Counted from the first letter of the stretch, positions 36,038-46,571 are shown. The stretch is DNA of 64,000 nt from an uncultured Actinomycetes bacterium (GCA_937128055.1 CAKZMC010000060.1:687-64686); one strand, 5' to 3'. Made by a program: numbers and translations. Notes: generated from the letters alone by a model not told the origin.

Positions 36038-38238
36038 ACCATTTCCAGCAGGTGGTGGGCCACCTCGGCCAGCTTCTCCGCGGTCACGGTAAGCTCTGTG
36101 GTCGATTGGGTCTGCTGCTCCGAGGAGGCGTTGATCTCCTCGTAAGCCTCGGCGGTACTCTCCACCTTGGACCGCATGGCCTCCAGCGAGGCGGTGAGCC
36201 TCTCGCTCATGTCGAGCTCCCGGGAGGAAGCCTGCGCTATGCTCTCGGCCAGGCGGGACATGCGGTTGACGGCCTCGGAGATGGAGATCAGCGCCTGGTC
36301 GGTGCGGTCCACCGTCTCCATGCCCACGTACATGCCCATGGTCCCCTTTTCCATGAGGCTTTTCGCCGTGTCCACGTCCTTCTGTATCGCGTGCACAAGG
36401 TCACTTATCTTCTGGGCGGAGGCCGCCGCCTCCTGCGCCAGCTTCTTCACCTCGTCGGCGACCACGGCGAAGCCCTTGCCGTACTCCGGGACGCGGGCCG
36501 CCTCTATGGCGGCGTTGAGGGCGAGGAGGTTGGTCTGGTCGGCGATGCGGGTGATGATGTCCACGATGGTGCCGATCTGCTCCGAGCTCTCGCCCAGGGA
36601 TAGGATGGCGTCCATGGTGATGTCGAGCATATCCTTGAAGTCCCCTATTTTCCGCACCGCCTCATGCGCGGATTCCCGGCCCTCCGTCACGATCCTCTCT
36701 GCGTCCTGGCTTATCTCCTGGCTTTGGGCGGCTTGGGCGTGGGACAGGGAGATGGTTTCGGCCACGCCGGCCATGATCTCCTCCACCTTTATGATGTGCT
36801 CCACCTCGTCCTCGATCTGTCCGGAAAGCTCCTGTACCAGCGCGTTCAGCTCCTCTATGGCCCCCATGATCTCCTCGGATACGGCCACGATGTTCTCCGC
36901 CCCCTCGTTTACCTCGCCGGAGGTTTCCAGGAGGCCCTGGGTGATGCGGCGCAGCGAGGCCAGCATCTCCTTGTATGAGCTGGATAGCTCTCCCACGTCG
37001 TCCAGCGAGTCCACCGGCACCTCCACGTCCAGCTCTCCGCCCGCCACCGCGCGGCAGATGCCGACGAGGCGCTTCAGGGGATCGGAGAAGTTGTGGTAGA
37101 GGATGAGCACCATGAAAGCAGCCACCAGGGCGCTGAAGATGGAGAGCACGATCATGGTGGGGGTGAGCTGCCACATGGTATGGAAGGAGACGCCCGTGCG
37201 ATCCGCGCGGAGCACCTTCCACCCCGGCAGGCCCGGAAGCGCGGCCATGGTCACCAGGTACTCGCGGCCCTTATGGATCTCGATGCTGCTGGCGGAATCG
37301 CTCTCCTCCCGGGAGGTTTCGGATACCAGTTCCTGCCATACGTCCTCTTTCATGCGCTCCTTTTCGCGCTGGTAATAGACGTCGCCGTCCGCGTTCATCA
37401 CCTGCAGGCTTTCCTGGGGGGTTATGGCCAGTTCCTCGACGATGGCGTCAAGGTCGGAGAAGGGAGCTTCCTCGAGGATGGCGGAACCCAGGCGTTGCGC
37501 GAGAAGGCGCACGTTGTCCATTCCACGTTTTACCATCTCCTCCCTGAGGTTCTCGCTGGAGAGGTAGAAGGCAGCCACCCAGGTTATGCCCAGGGTGAAG
37601 ACGACGAGCACCGTAGCGAAGGAGGCGAGGCGCTTTCCGAGACCGGTGGCGGTGTAGTAGCCGAAACCCTCGCAGGAGGCGAGCAATATCTCCATAACCG
37701 GGCGCATCTCGCGGTGGGAGATGAAGACGGTCAGGAACCACTCCACCAAGCCCAGGATAAGGCCGAAGGCGACGTAGGAGAGGGTAAGGTTGGGGGTGAA
37801 GTCGGCGAAGCGCCCGAAGATGACCACCCCTAAGGCCAGGCTCAGCAAGATGGTGACCGATACGAGGGCGCCGTGAGTAAAAGCGGAGCGGTAGAGGTCT
37901 TCCTGCAGGCTGACCGCCAGCTTGCGGTCGCTTTCCGACGCGGGGTCCCTGGGGTAGCTGTACCAGGAGCGCAGGCGGCGGTAGAGGCGGCGCTGCAGGT
38001 AGCGGTAGATGAGGACGCAGATGATCACGAGGGGAACGACCAACACCCCGATGGCCAGAAGGTAGACGAGATACTGGCGCGCGGCGAAGCGGAATACGGT
38101 GAGGGAAAACAAGGCGAGCACCAATAGCGGCAGGGTACCCGCCGATAGCGAGATCTTGAACGTCAACTTCCTTGAGGCGGCGGCGAATTCCGCCCGCAGC
38201 CTCCGCAAGCTCTCAGGCGCCTCCGGCCTTTCCGCCAA
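36010..38238 (-). CDS. Methyl-accepting chemotaxis protein with multi-TM N-terminal sensor region
   Basis: C-terminal MCP signalling domain ([33 protein letters not shown]), a HAMP-like region, and at least 5 hydrophobic helices in the first 330 aa. Confidence 0.85.
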   Translation of the reverse strand: MAERPEAPESLRRLRAEFAAASRKLTFKISLSAGTLPLLVLALFSLTVFRFAARQYLVYLLAIGVLVVPLVIICVLIYRYLQRRLYRRLRSWYSYPRDPASESDRKLAVSLQEDLYRSAFTHGALVSVTILLSLALGVVIFGRFADFTPNLTLSYVAFGLILGLVEWFLTVFISHREMRPVMEILLASCEGFGYYTATGLGKRLASFATVLVVFTLGITWVAAFYLSSENLREEMVKRGMDNVRLLAQRLGSAILEEAPFSDLDAIVEELAITPQESLQVMNADGDVYYQREKERMKEDVWQELVSETSREESDSASSIEIHKGREYLVTMAALPGLPGWKVLRADRTGVSFHTMWQLTPTMIVLSIFSALVAAFMVLILYHNFSDPLKRLVGICRAVAGGELDVEVPVDSLDDVGELSSSYKEMLASLRRITQGLLETSGEVNEGAENIVAVSEEIMGAIEELNALVQELSGQIEDEVEHIIKVEEIMAGVAETISLSHAQAAQSQEISQDAERIVTEGRESAHEAVRKIGDFKDMLDITMDAILSLGESSEQIGTIVDIITRIADQTNLLALNAAIEAARVPEYGKGFAVVADEVKKLAQEAAASAQKISDLVHAIQKDVDTAKSLMEKGTMGMYVGMETVDRTDQALISISEAVNRMSRLAESIAQASSRELDMSERLTASLEAMRSKVESTAEAYEEINASSEQQTQSTTELTVTAEKLAEVAHHLLEMVSQLKMGRR

Positions 38239-38615
38239 CTTCGGTCGCCCCCCGCCGTCTTTTCCGCTTCGCTTTCAGGTTTTCCGGTAGCGCGACCCGC
38301 GGGCTCTTTTCCCGCGGCCGCTCTGGTCTCTTGCTTTAATCGACCTCTCATCGGCGCGCCTTAACCGTAAGCGGGGAAGCGGGTTTGGCCCGGGGCCTTG
38401 CTGGCCTCCGGCTTCATGGCGGCTCTCAGGGGCCCGCGCTCTCGGCGCTCGCCGGCCGCGGCAGGAGAGCCGCCCCTGGCAAGAGAGGGCGCTCCGTCAC
38501 GCCCCGGCCAGGGGGGAGAATCCCCGCCGTCTTCGCGGGGAACGGGTTCCTGCAGGGAGCAAAACGGGTGGATGCTAAAATAGAAGCGTATCCGTCCACA
38601 GGGAGGAGAGGAAGT

Positions 38616-40979
38616 ATGGAACCGTCGAGCGATACCGCCGCATGCGGCGTGCGCTTCCTGCGCATAAAGGAAGCCCTTCTGTCCACGCCGGTGCATCTCT
38701 GCCCCGAGAGGGCGCTCCTCGTCACGCAGTACTTCAAAAAGCACGACGACCCCTCGGAGCCGATGCCGGTGCGACAGGCAAAGGCCTTGCGCCACATCCT
38801 CGCCAACAAGTCGGTGCATATCTATCCGCACGAGCTCATCGTGGGCAACGTGGGTTCCTACCGCATCTCGGCCATCACGCAGCCGGAGCTGGCCGGCGTC
38901 TTCATGAGCGAGGACCTCCTCTGGATCGAGCGCAGAAAGACCACTCCGCTGCGCATATCCTGGCCCGACCGCATGAGGCTGCTCTTCGGCGTTATCCCCT
39001 ACTGGCTCACGCGGAACATGAATTTCCGCGCCTTCCGGGACAAGCGGCACCTCGCGCGCTACGTGCGTGAACAGTTGCGGCCCGCCTACTACCTTATCAA
39101 CGAGGCAGGAGGCATCGGCCACTTCCTACCCAACTACGAGAGGATGCTCAGGGAGGGCATCGAGGGATACCTGGCAGGCATGGAGGGGAAGGAGGGGGAA
39201 TTATACCGCGCCGCGCGCATCGCCTGCGAGGGCCTGGAAATTTATGCCGGGCGCCTCGCCGAGGAGGCCGATAGGATGGCGGGAAGCGAGGCGGACCCGG
39301 GGCGCCGGGAGGAGCTGCGCGAGATCGCTCGCATCTGCCGCAAGGTACCCCGGCAGCCGGCGCAAACCCTCCACGAGGCGCTGCAGTCGCTGTGGCTGAC
39401 CCATCTGGCCGTCAACCTGGAGAGCCTCAATTCGGCCATATCCTTCGGGCGCGTCGACCAGTACCTCTATCCCTATTACCGCCAGGACGTGGAGGAAGGG
39501 CGGCTCGACGCGGCGAGGGCCAAGGAGCTGCTGCTCTCCTTCAGCGCCAAGGCGACGGAGCACGTCTTCCTGCTCTCGGAGAGGATCAGCCAGTATCACG
39601 GCGGCTACCTGGTGGTGCAGGCGGCCATCGTGGGCGGCACCGACCGTGAGGGGAAGGACGCCGTCAACGAGCTCACCTACCTTTTCCTGGAAATCATGGA
39701 GGAAGCGGGGTTGCGCGACCCCAACTACCAGGCTCGCGTCCACGCGGGCTCCCCGCCCGAGTACCTCCTCCGCGTGGCGGATGTTGCCCGCAAGGGGAAG
39801 GGCGTCCCCGCCGTGTTCAACGACGAGGCGGCGGTGGCCTCCCTGGTGCATCACGGCTACCCCCTGCGGGAGGCGCGCAACTACGCCACGGTGGGGTGCG
39901 TGGAGCTGGCCCTCCCCGGGATCAGCTTCCTCTCCACCGACGCCGCGCTTTTCAACCTGCCCCTCTGCCTGGAGCTGGCGCTCAACGAGGGCAGGCGCTT
40001 CGGCCGCCGGCGCAGGGTGGGAGCTCCCACTCCCGGCCCCGGTAGCTTCCGGGACATGGAGGACATCATCGAGGCCTTTCGCCGCCAGGTGGATGCCATG
40101 GTGGACCGCATGGTCCGTGATTTCCAGGTAGTGGAAAGAGGGAACCGTGATTATCACCCCACGCCGCTCTCCTCCATGCTGGTGGAAGGCTGCCTGGAAG
40201 CGGGCAGGGACCTTACCGAGGGCGGGGCCAGGTACAACGCGAGCGGCATACAGGGGGTAGGAGTAGCAGATGTGGCCGACTCCCTGGCCGCGCTGCACGA
40301 GGTGGTTTTCCGCCGGGGTAAGTACACCGTGGAGGAGATTGTCGCGGCCCTGCGGGAAGACTTCGCCGGACAGCGGCGCTTGCAGGCGGAGCTGCTCAAA
40401 GCCCCGAAATACGGCAACGACCACCCGTTGCCGGACGGGTACGCCGACCTGGTGGTGCGCATATTCCACGACTCTCTCGCGCGCCACAGGAACACGAGGA
40501 GCGGGCCTTACGTCCCCGGTTTCTATTCCGTCACATGCCATGTGGCCTTCGGTAAGGAGGTGGGGGCCCTTCCCAGCGGGCGCCGCGCCGGCGAGACGCT
40601 GGCGGCCAGCCTGGGCCCGGCGAACGGGTGCGACCGCCACGGCCCCACCGCCGTACTGAACTCCGTGGCGCGCGTAGACTCGCGCCTCATGCCCAACGGG
40701 TGCGCCCTGAACCTGAGCTTCTCCCCCCATGAGGTGCGTGGAGGGGAAGGGGCGGAGAAGCTGGCGGCCCTCATGCGCAGCTTTTTTGACTGCGGCGGGA
40801 TGCAGGTGCAGTGCAACGTGCTCGACCCCGAGGTGCTGGAGGACGCGCGCCTTCATCCCGGAAAGTACCCGGGACTGGTGGTGAGGGTAGCAGGGTACTG
40901 TGCCTACTTCGACGACCTTCCGGATGCCGCCAAGGGGGAGATCATCTCCCGCTGGAGGCGAGGCGGAAGCGAATGGTAA
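38616..40979 (+). CDS. Glycyl radical enzyme (pyruvate formate-lyase family), substrate unknown
   Basis: Glycyl radical motif RVAGYCAYFDDL 28 aa from the C-terminus. Thiyl-radical Cys loop ATVGCVELALPG. 788 aa. ATG preceded by GGGAGGAGAGGAAG. Confidence 0.9.
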   Translation: MEPSSDTAACGVRFLRIKEALLSTPVHLCPERALLVTQYFKKHDDPSEPMPVRQAKALRHILANKSVHIYPHELIVGNVGSYRISAITQPELAGVFMSEDLLWIERRKTTPLRISWPDRMRLLFGVIPYWLTRNMNFRAFRDKRHLARYVREQLRPAYYLINEAGGIGHFLPNYERMLREGIEGYLAGMEGKEGELYRAARIACEGLEIYAGRLAEEADRMAGSEADPGRREELREIARICRKVPRQPAQTLHEALQSLWLTHLAVNLESLNSAISFGRVDQYLYPYYRQDVEEGRLDAARAKELLLSFSAKATEHVFLLSERISQYHGGYLVVQAAIVGGTDREGKDAVNELTYLFLEIMEEAGLRDPNYQARVHAGSPPEYLLRVADVARKGKGVPAVFNDEAAVASLVHHGYPLREARNYATVGCVELALPGISFLSTDAALFNLPLCLELALNEGRRFGRRRRVGAPTPGPGSFRDMEDIIEAFRRQVDAMVDRMVRDFQVVERGNRDYHPTPLSSMLVEGCLEAGRDLTEGGARYNASGIQGVGVADVADSLAALHEVVFRRGKYTVEEIVAALREDFAGQRRLQAELLKAPKYGNDHPLPDGYADLVVRIFHDSLARHRNTRSGPYVPGFYSVTCHVAFGKEVGALPSGRRAGETLAASLGPANGCDRHGPTAVLNSVARVDSRLMPNGCALNLSFSPHEVRGGEGAEKLAALMRSFFDCGGMQVQCNVLDPEVLEDARLHPGKYPGLVVRVAGYCAYFDDLPDAAKGEIISRWRRGGSEW

Positions 40980-41058
40980 TGGAAATTAATTCCTTATAGC
41001 GCCAGACGTCCATCTACCTTGACCTGCTGGCGCGTGCGGCGGGAAGCGACAGGAGCCC

Positions 41059-42534
41059 TCAGTCCTCTGAGGCGGCCGCGGTGAAGTAGAAGGTGGAACC
41101 CTCACCGGGGTTGGAGTTCACCCATACTCGTCCTCCCCAGGCCTCGACAGCCCGCTTTACGGTGGCCAGGCCGATGCCCAGGCCGTGGGGTTTCCCCCCT
41201 TCCAGGCGCTTGAAAGGAAGGAATATGTCATCCAGGAAACGATGATCGATGCCGCGCCCGTTGTCGCGCACGTAGAAGGTCACTACGCCGCCTTGTTGCA
41301 CCGCGCCGATCTCGATATGGGGATTCTCCGCTTCCGCGGTGTACTTGATGGCGTTGTCCACCAGGTTGTAGATGACCTGGTTGAGCTTGAGGGGGTCGGC
41401 GTGGATGCGAGGCAGCCCCCTCTCCACCTCCACCTCCACCTTGGCGGCCTGCAGCTCGACGGCGCGTTCGGCCAGCACCTCCGCTATCACGGTGCCCGGA
41501 TCTATGGAGACCATGTTCCCCTCCGGTTTGCCGGCCTGTGCGTAGGTCAGAAGGGATGCGGTGAATTCGTCCAGACGTTCCGCCGCCTTGGCGATGCTGG
41601 CGACGTACGCCTTCCTGTCCTCCTCCGTGAGGTCGTCCGACTGCAGGAGCTGGGCATATCCGGAGATGATGGAGAGGGGGGTGCGCAAGTCGTGAGAGAC
41701 CGTGGTGGCGAAGGCGTCCAGCTCGCGGTTGCGCGACACCAGTTGTTCCTCCATGAGCTTGCGCTCGGTGATGTCGCGGGAGTTGATTATGATGCCGCGC
41801 ACGGTGGTGTCGTCGAGGAGGTTGTTCACTATAGCCTCGTGGTAATGGTAGCTCCCGTCGCTGTGGCGGAAGCGCCTGATCGCGTGCAAGGGGTTTCCCG
41901 GGTTGCGCAGGATGAATTCGAAGTCCGCCCGCGACACCTCCAGGTCCTCGGGGTGGATGAAATCCAGGACGGATTTGCCGTAGATGGCGCCGCTGTAGCC
42001 GGTAATGGCGGCCGTGGAGCGGCTTCCCCAACGGAAGCGGAGGTTCTCGTCCAGGATGGTGACCATGTCCGCGGCGTTGTGCAGCAGGGCACGGTAATAG
42101 CGTTCCCTCTGTCGCAGGTCCTCTTCCGTTTTCTTCAGCTCCGTGACGTCGGAGAAGATGGCCAGGGCGCTCAGGAAGCTGCCGTCCGCGCGGAAGCGCG
42201 GTGAAGCGGTGACCCTGATGATGCGCCTCTCGCCGTCGGCGCGGATGATGGCCAGGTCGTAGGTACCGCTCTTTCCCTTTTTTCGCTCCTCGGTCTCTTC
42301 CCGCACCTGCCGGAAACTCCCCTCGTCCATGAAGTCCCGCAGGTTCCTTCCCACCAGGCCGCCCGGCGGTACGCCGAATATCTGGTGCGCGGCGAGGTTG
42401 GCGAAGAGAAAATTCTCCTCCTGGTCCACCTCGCTTATCCCCATGGCCTGGTTCTCGATAATGACCCGGTAGCGGTCTTCCTCCTCTTCCCTTCCCATGA
42501 CAATCGCCCCGTTAGCTGTGGGGCCCGTTTGCAT
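41059..42534 (-). CDS. PAS-domain sensor histidine kinase
   Basis: Three PAS-like segments, H-box SHDLRTPLSII, HATPase_c N/G boxes (DNAIKYT, DNGRGI, GLGIGLA). Confidence 0.85.
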   Translation of the reverse strand: MQTGPTANGAIVMGREEEEDRYRVIIENQAMGISEVDQEENFLFANLAAHQIFGVPPGGLVGRNLRDFMDEGSFRQVREETEERKKGKSGTYDLAIIRADGERRIIRVTASPRFRADGSFLSALAIFSDVTELKKTEEDLRQRERYYRALLHNAADMVTILDENLRFRWGSRSTAAITGYSGAIYGKSVLDFIHPEDLEVSRADFEFILRNPGNPLHAIRRFRHSDGSYHYHEAIVNNLLDDTTVRGIIINSRDITERKLMEEQLVSRNRELDAFATTVSHDLRTPLSIISGYAQLLQSDDLTEEDRKAYVASIAKAAERLDEFTASLLTYAQAGKPEGNMVSIDPGTVIAEVLAERAVELQAAKVEVEVERGLPRIHADPLKLNQVIYNLVDNAIKYTAEAENPHIEIGAVQQGGVVTFYVRDNGRGIDHRFLDDIFLPFKRLEGGKPHGLGIGLATVKRAVEAWGGRVWVNSNPGEGSTFYFTAAASED

Positions 42535-42721
42535 CTACGCCCGCGTTGAGAGCGAGATCCCAGCGGGGCCCAGCCTCCGGATTCCTTGCCGTGCCGGCGT
42601 CAACGATTATGTCGCAATCCTCTCCCCTTGCGCGCATCCCATGGATGCGGGCGCGTTTACACCATTATATATCAAGCCGCCGCCGCGCGCCGTAGCTGCC
42701 CGGCCGCTGCGGCGTGTAAAC

Positions 42722-42750
42722 TTGCGCCGCCATGGCGCAGTGGGTATAAT
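42722..42750 (+). promoter_or_regulatory. Candidate sigma-70 promoter (TTGCGC-17nt-TATAAT) for the MobB-like/tup operon
   Basis: Consensus -10 TATAAT with a -35-like hexamer at 17-nt spacing, about 120 nt upstream of the first gene. A TTGACA hexamer lies just downstream in non-promoter order. Confidence 0.3.
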
Positions 42751-42756
42751 GCAAAC

Positions 42757-42873
42757 GCATTGACAGGTGAATGAAGGCTCTCCGAGTCCTGTTTCCTAAG
42801 GCCTCGGCTATGGAACCGGACCGATAGGGTGCAGGTGGAAACGCCGGCGCCTCCCGTGTTTGGAAAGGAGAGG
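42757..42873 (+). promoter_or_regulatory. Candidate molybdenum/tungsten-cofactor (Moco-type) riboswitch in the leader of the MobB-like-tupABC-moeA operon
   Basis: About 117-nt leader with CUCCGAG...AAGGCCUCGG helix, GGAAACGCC, and CCUCCC positioned to pair with the RBS GGAAAGGAGAGGG. These elements resemble the Moco RNA motif, and the genomic context (Mo/W transport and cofactor genes) fits. Confidence 0.3.
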
Positions 42874-43758
42874 GCATTGAGCGATAAGGCGCGCCCGTCC
42901 CCTCCGGACGGGTTTTTTACGGATGGCCACGAGGGAGACAATCAGCAGCGCCCCGCGCAGCCCCCGGGCTCGCTCGGGAACGTCATCTCCACCACCAAGA
43001 TCATCACCGTCTCCGGGGCCAGCAAAGACGTTGGAAAGAGTTCCCTGGCCGCCTTTCTCGCTTCCCGCTGCCGCGCCTGCGCGGGCGTCAAGGTCTCCGT
43101 GCACGACCGGAGGCCGCCGGGAGAGGTGGTCGTGGAGGAGGGCGAGGTGCCGGCGCGGCCCGAAACGGATACCGGGCGCCTGCGCCTGGCGGGCGCCTTC
43201 CCCGTGCTCTGGGTGAGGAGCACGCAGGAGGGCCTGGAGGGGGACCTCGCGGCGGCGCTATCGCGCGTCGACGCGCCGGTGGTCATCGTGGAGGGCAACA
43301 GCGTCCTACGCTACCTGGAACCGCATTACGCCGTTTTCGTCATGCCCTCCACCTTCGCTGATTTCAAGCCCTCGGCCTTCGCTGCCTTGCGAAAGGCCCA
43401 CACGGTGGTGGTGAACGGGGAGGAGGGTATCTCCGGTGGAGCAGCACTGGAGCTCGAAAGGAAAATAAAGGAAATCAATCCCGGGGCCAAGCTGGTCGTG
43501 GTCCCGGAGCTGGGAAGAGAGGCGGCCTGGGAGGTGGTGCTCTCCCGGGCGGCGGGAAGGATAGGAGGTGAGCTCATGTCCGCCGGGGTCGAGGAGAGGG
43601 TCCTGCAGGCGGTGAGGGAGAGGGCGGAGGAAGGGCGCATACCCTGCGCCGTCGCCCTGAAGCTGGCGGAGGAGCTGGAGGTGCCGCCCCTCGAGGTGGG
43701 GAAGGCGGCCAACGCCCTCAACGTGAAGATCGTCAAATGCTCGCTGGGATGTTTCTGA
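42874..43758 (+). CDS. MobB-like P-loop protein with C-terminal domain of unknown function
   Basis: KIITVSGASKDVGKSSLAAFLASR (degenerate MobB Walker A), then a further domain ending KIVKCSLGCF. TTG start after GGAAAGGAGAGG; start uncertain. Overlaps the tupA start. Confidence 0.55.
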   Translation, partial: ALSDKARPSPPDGFFTDGHEGDNQQRPAQPPGSLGNVISTTKIITVSGASKDVGKSSLAAFLASRCRACAGVKVSVHDRRPPGEVVVEEGEVPARPETDTGRLRLAGAFPVLWVRSTQEGLEGDLAAALSRVDAPVVIVEGNSVLRYLEPHYAVFVMPSTFADFKPSAFAALRKAHTVVVNGEEGISGGAALELERKIKEINPGAKLVVVPELGREAAWEVVLSRAAGRIGGELMSAGVEERVLQAVRERAEEGRIPCAVALKLAEELEVPPLEVGKAANALNVKIVKCSLGCF

Positions 43759-44606
43759 CAAAGGAAAGCCGGCGAGCGGGCAGGGCGGTGGCGCTGCTCG
43801 CCCTCTTGCTGCCACTGACGTTGCTTGCTGGATGCGGCGGCGTGAGAGAGGGGGAGGTGGGGAAGAGGGAGCTCATCCTGGCCACCACCACCAGCACCCA
43901 GGACTCGGGCCTGCTGGACGAGTGGATTCCCATGTTCGAGAAGGCATACCCCTACTCCGTGAAGGTGATCGCGGTGGGGAGCGGGCAGGCCATGGAGATG
44001 GGCCGCAACGGGGAATGCGACGTCATGTTGGTGCACAGCCCCGCTGCTGAGGAGGAGATGGTTGCCCAGGGCTATGCCGTCGGCCGCGAGGCGGTCATGC
44101 ACAACGACTTTGTCATCGTGGGGCCTGCAGCCGACCCGGCCAGGATAAGGGGGAAGACATCCGCGAAGGAGGCGTTTGCCGCCGTCGCCTCCTCCGGGTC
44201 GAAGTTCGTCTCCCGTGGGGATGATTCAGGCACGCACGCCAGGGAGCTCGCCGTCTGGAAGGCGGCCGGGATCGCCCCTCAGGGGGACTGGTACGTGGAG
44301 AGCGGCAGGGGCATGGGAGACACCCTGCGCATCGCGTCGGAGGAAAGAGCGTATACCCTGAGCGACCGGGGCACCTACCTGGGCATGAAGAGCCAGCTGG
44401 AGCTGGAGGTCCTTGTCGAGGGGGATACGGCGCTCTTCAACACATACCACGTCATGGTGGTTAACCCGGAGAGACACCCCGACGCGAACAGCGAGGGCGC
44501 GCGGGCGTTCGCCGCTTTCGTGACCGGCAGGGAGGCCCAGGAGTTCCTCGAGGTTTTCGGCCTGGACAGATACGGCGAGCCCCTGTTCTTTCCCGATGCT
44601 TTATGA
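43737..44606 (+). CDS. tupA: Tungstate ABC transporter substrate-binding lipoprotein TupA
   Basis: Lipobox LLAGC. TupA anion-binding signature ILATTTSTQDSGLLDEW. Confidence 0.85.
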   Translation: MLAGMFLTKESRRAGRAVALLALLLPLTLLAGCGGVREGEVGKRELILATTTSTQDSGLLDEWIPMFEKAYPYSVKVIAVGSGQAMEMGRNGECDVMLVHSPAAEEEMVAQGYAVGREAVMHNDFVIVGPAADPARIRGKTSAKEAFAAVASSGSKFVSRGDDSGTHARELAVWKAAGIAPQGDWYVESGRGMGDTLRIASEERAYTLSDRGTYLGMKSQLELEVLVEGDTALFNTYHVMVVNPERHPDANSEGARAFAAFVTGREAQEFLEVFGLDRYGEPLFFPDAL

Positions 44607-44665
44607 AGGTGAGGGAGAAAAGCGGTCCCGCGACGGCACGGCCATAAGGGCGGCATCGTCGCTCG

Positions 44666-45460
44666 ATGCTTTTACGGGAGGTGAAGAAGAAGGTGGGAGA
44701 GATATGGCGCGGTTTCGTGGAGGCGCTGAAACTCATAGCGCGCTTCGATCCTTACGTCATGAAGGTGACGCTTTTCACCCTCTATGTGTGCGCCATTGCG
44801 ACCGCCTTCGGCATGGTGATGGGCATCCCGCTGGGGTCGGCGTTGGCCCTCTACCGTTTCCGGGGCCGCAAGCTGGTGGTGACCCTGGTGAACGCGGGCA
44901 TGGGACTTCCTCCCGTGGTGGTGGGGTTGTTCGTCTATCTCTTCCTGAAAAGGCGGGGACCGCTGGGCTTCCTCGGCTGGCTTTATACTCCCAAGGCGAT
45001 AATCCTGGCGGAGATAGCGCTGGCCATGCCGCTCATCGCCGGCATCACCATGGCCGCCCTGCAGAACGCCGATCCCAAGCTGCGCATGCAGTCCAGGTCC
45101 CTGGGGGCCAGCGAGGCGGGCTCTATCCTCACCCTGCTGCGGGAGACGCGCCTCTCCCTGCTGGCCGCGGTTATCGCCGGCTTCGGGGGGATCATATCCG
45201 AGGTGGGGGCGGCGATGATAGTGGGGGGCAACCTCCTCCTCAACGGGGAACCCTATACCCGTACCCTCACCACGGCCACCGTCCTCGAGTTGAACAAGGG
45301 GAACAGCACCCTGGCCATCGCGCTGGGTATAATCCTCCTGGGCATCACCTTGCTCCTGGTGTGGGTGATGACCCTCATCCAGCAGGGGACCCTTCTGAGC
45401 TATCCGGGGAGGGCGGCCCGGAGCCTTTTCTCCAGGCTTCGCAAGGAGGCCCCGGCTTGA
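44666..45460 (+). CDS. tupB: Tungstate ABC transporter permease TupB
   Basis: 264 aa, 5-6 TM helices. ABC permease EAA-like loop SRSLGASEAGSILTLLRE. Confidence 0.85.
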   Translation: MLLREVKKKVGEIWRGFVEALKLIARFDPYVMKVTLFTLYVCAIATAFGMVMGIPLGSALALYRFRGRKLVVTLVNAGMGLPPVVVGLFVYLFLKRRGPLGFLGWLYTPKAIILAEIALAMPLIAGITMAALQNADPKLRMQSRSLGASEAGSILTLLRETRLSLLAAVIAGFGGIISEVGAAMIVGGNLLLNGEPYTRTLTTATVLELNKGNSTLAIALGIILLGITLLLVWVMTLIQQGTLLSYPGRAARSLFSRLRKEAPA

Positions 45461-45474
45461 ACGCGTTGCTGACC

Positions 45475-46557
45475 ATGCAGGGCCTGCGGCACTCCTACGA
45501 CGGCCGCCCGGTGCTGGGGGTGGAGAGCCTGGAGGTCTTGGAGGGGGAGATCCTGGCCATCGTGGGCCCCAACGGTTCGGGGAAGAGCACCCTGCTGCGC
45601 ATCGTCAACCTGCTCGAGAGGCCGACGCGTGGCGAGATCGAGTTCTGGAACGGTTCGCGCCTCTCGGGCATGAGCCGGGGGGAAAGGAAGGAACTGGCCA
45701 GGCAGATGGCGATGATCTTCCAGGAGCCGCTGCTCTTCAGGCGCACGGTGCGGGAAAACGTGGCCTACGGCCTCAAGGTACGCAGGGTGCCCAGGGATGA
45801 GAGGCGGGTGCAGGTGGGCGAGATGCTCGCCAGGCTGAACCTCGTGGACCTCGCCGAGCGGGACGCTTTGACTCTTTCGGGGGGCGAGGCCCAGAAGGTG
45901 GCCCTGGGGAGGGCCATGGTGCTGAAGCCGCGCCTGCTGCTCCTGGACGAGCCCTTGGCCTCTCTGGATATGCCCTCGCGCAGGGAGATGAGGACGTACA
46001 TCTCGCGCCTGGTGCGGGAGATGGGGGTTACCGCGATCTACGTCTCCCACGACTATCACGAGGTGCTGGAAATCGCCGACCGGCTGGCGGTGATCATTGG
46101 GGGAACCCTGCTGCAGACGGGCAAGCCTGGAGAGGTCTTCGGCCGGCCCGTTAACGGCGCGGTGGCGGAGTTTCTGGGCGCGGAGAACCTGCTGGAGGGC
46201 GAGGTGACATCGTGCCGGGAGGGAGCGGCGCGCATAAGCGTGTCGGGCTTGGAGCTGGAAGCCCTGTGCGACCTCTCTCCCGGCTCCCGGGTGAAGGTCC
46301 TCATCCATCCCGAGGAGGTGGCCCTGCTCTCCGGGGTCGGCGAGGCCGGCTCGGTGCGCAACCGCCTGCGGGCGAGGGTGCTGGAAGTGAGGGAGATAGG
46401 AGGGATGGTGAGGGTGAGGCTCGACTGCGGCTTTCCCCTGGTGGCGCACATCACCCGGGCTTCCCGGGAGGAGATGGGAGTGGAGCCGGGAAGGGAGTTT
46501 ACGGCGGCGGTCAAGGCCACCGCGCTGCACGTCATGCCCTTCACCCGCAAGGGATAA
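45475..46557 (+). CDS. tupC: Tungstate/molybdate ABC transporter ATPase with C-terminal TOBE domain
   Basis: GPNGSGKST Walker A, LSGGEAQKV signature, LLLDEP Walker B. C-terminal TOBE-like about 140 aa. Confidence 0.85.
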   Translation: MQGLRHSYDGRPVLGVESLEVLEGEILAIVGPNGSGKSTLLRIVNLLERPTRGEIEFWNGSRLSGMSRGERKELARQMAMIFQEPLLFRRTVRENVAYGLKVRRVPRDERRVQVGEMLARLNLVDLAERDALTLSGGEAQKVALGRAMVLKPRLLLLDEPLASLDMPSRREMRTYISRLVREMGVTAIYVSHDYHEVLEIADRLAVIIGGTLLQTGKPGEVFGRPVNGAVAEFLGAENLLEGEVTSCREGAARISVSGLELEALCDLSPGSRVKVLIHPEEVALLSGVGEAGSVRNRLRARVLEVREIGGMVRVRLDCGFPLVAHITRASREEMGVEPGREFTAAVKATALHVMPFTRKG

Positions 46558-46571
46558 GGTAGAATAGCCTC

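Noticed and set aside
39201-40856. 551-aa minus-strand ORF
   Set aside because: Antisense to the glycyl radical enzyme.
42745-42765. TATAAT and TTGACA hexamers as a promoter
   Set aside because: They occur in reversed order (-10 before -35) on the plus strand. The TATAAT is instead paired with an upstream TTGCGC at 17-nt spacing.
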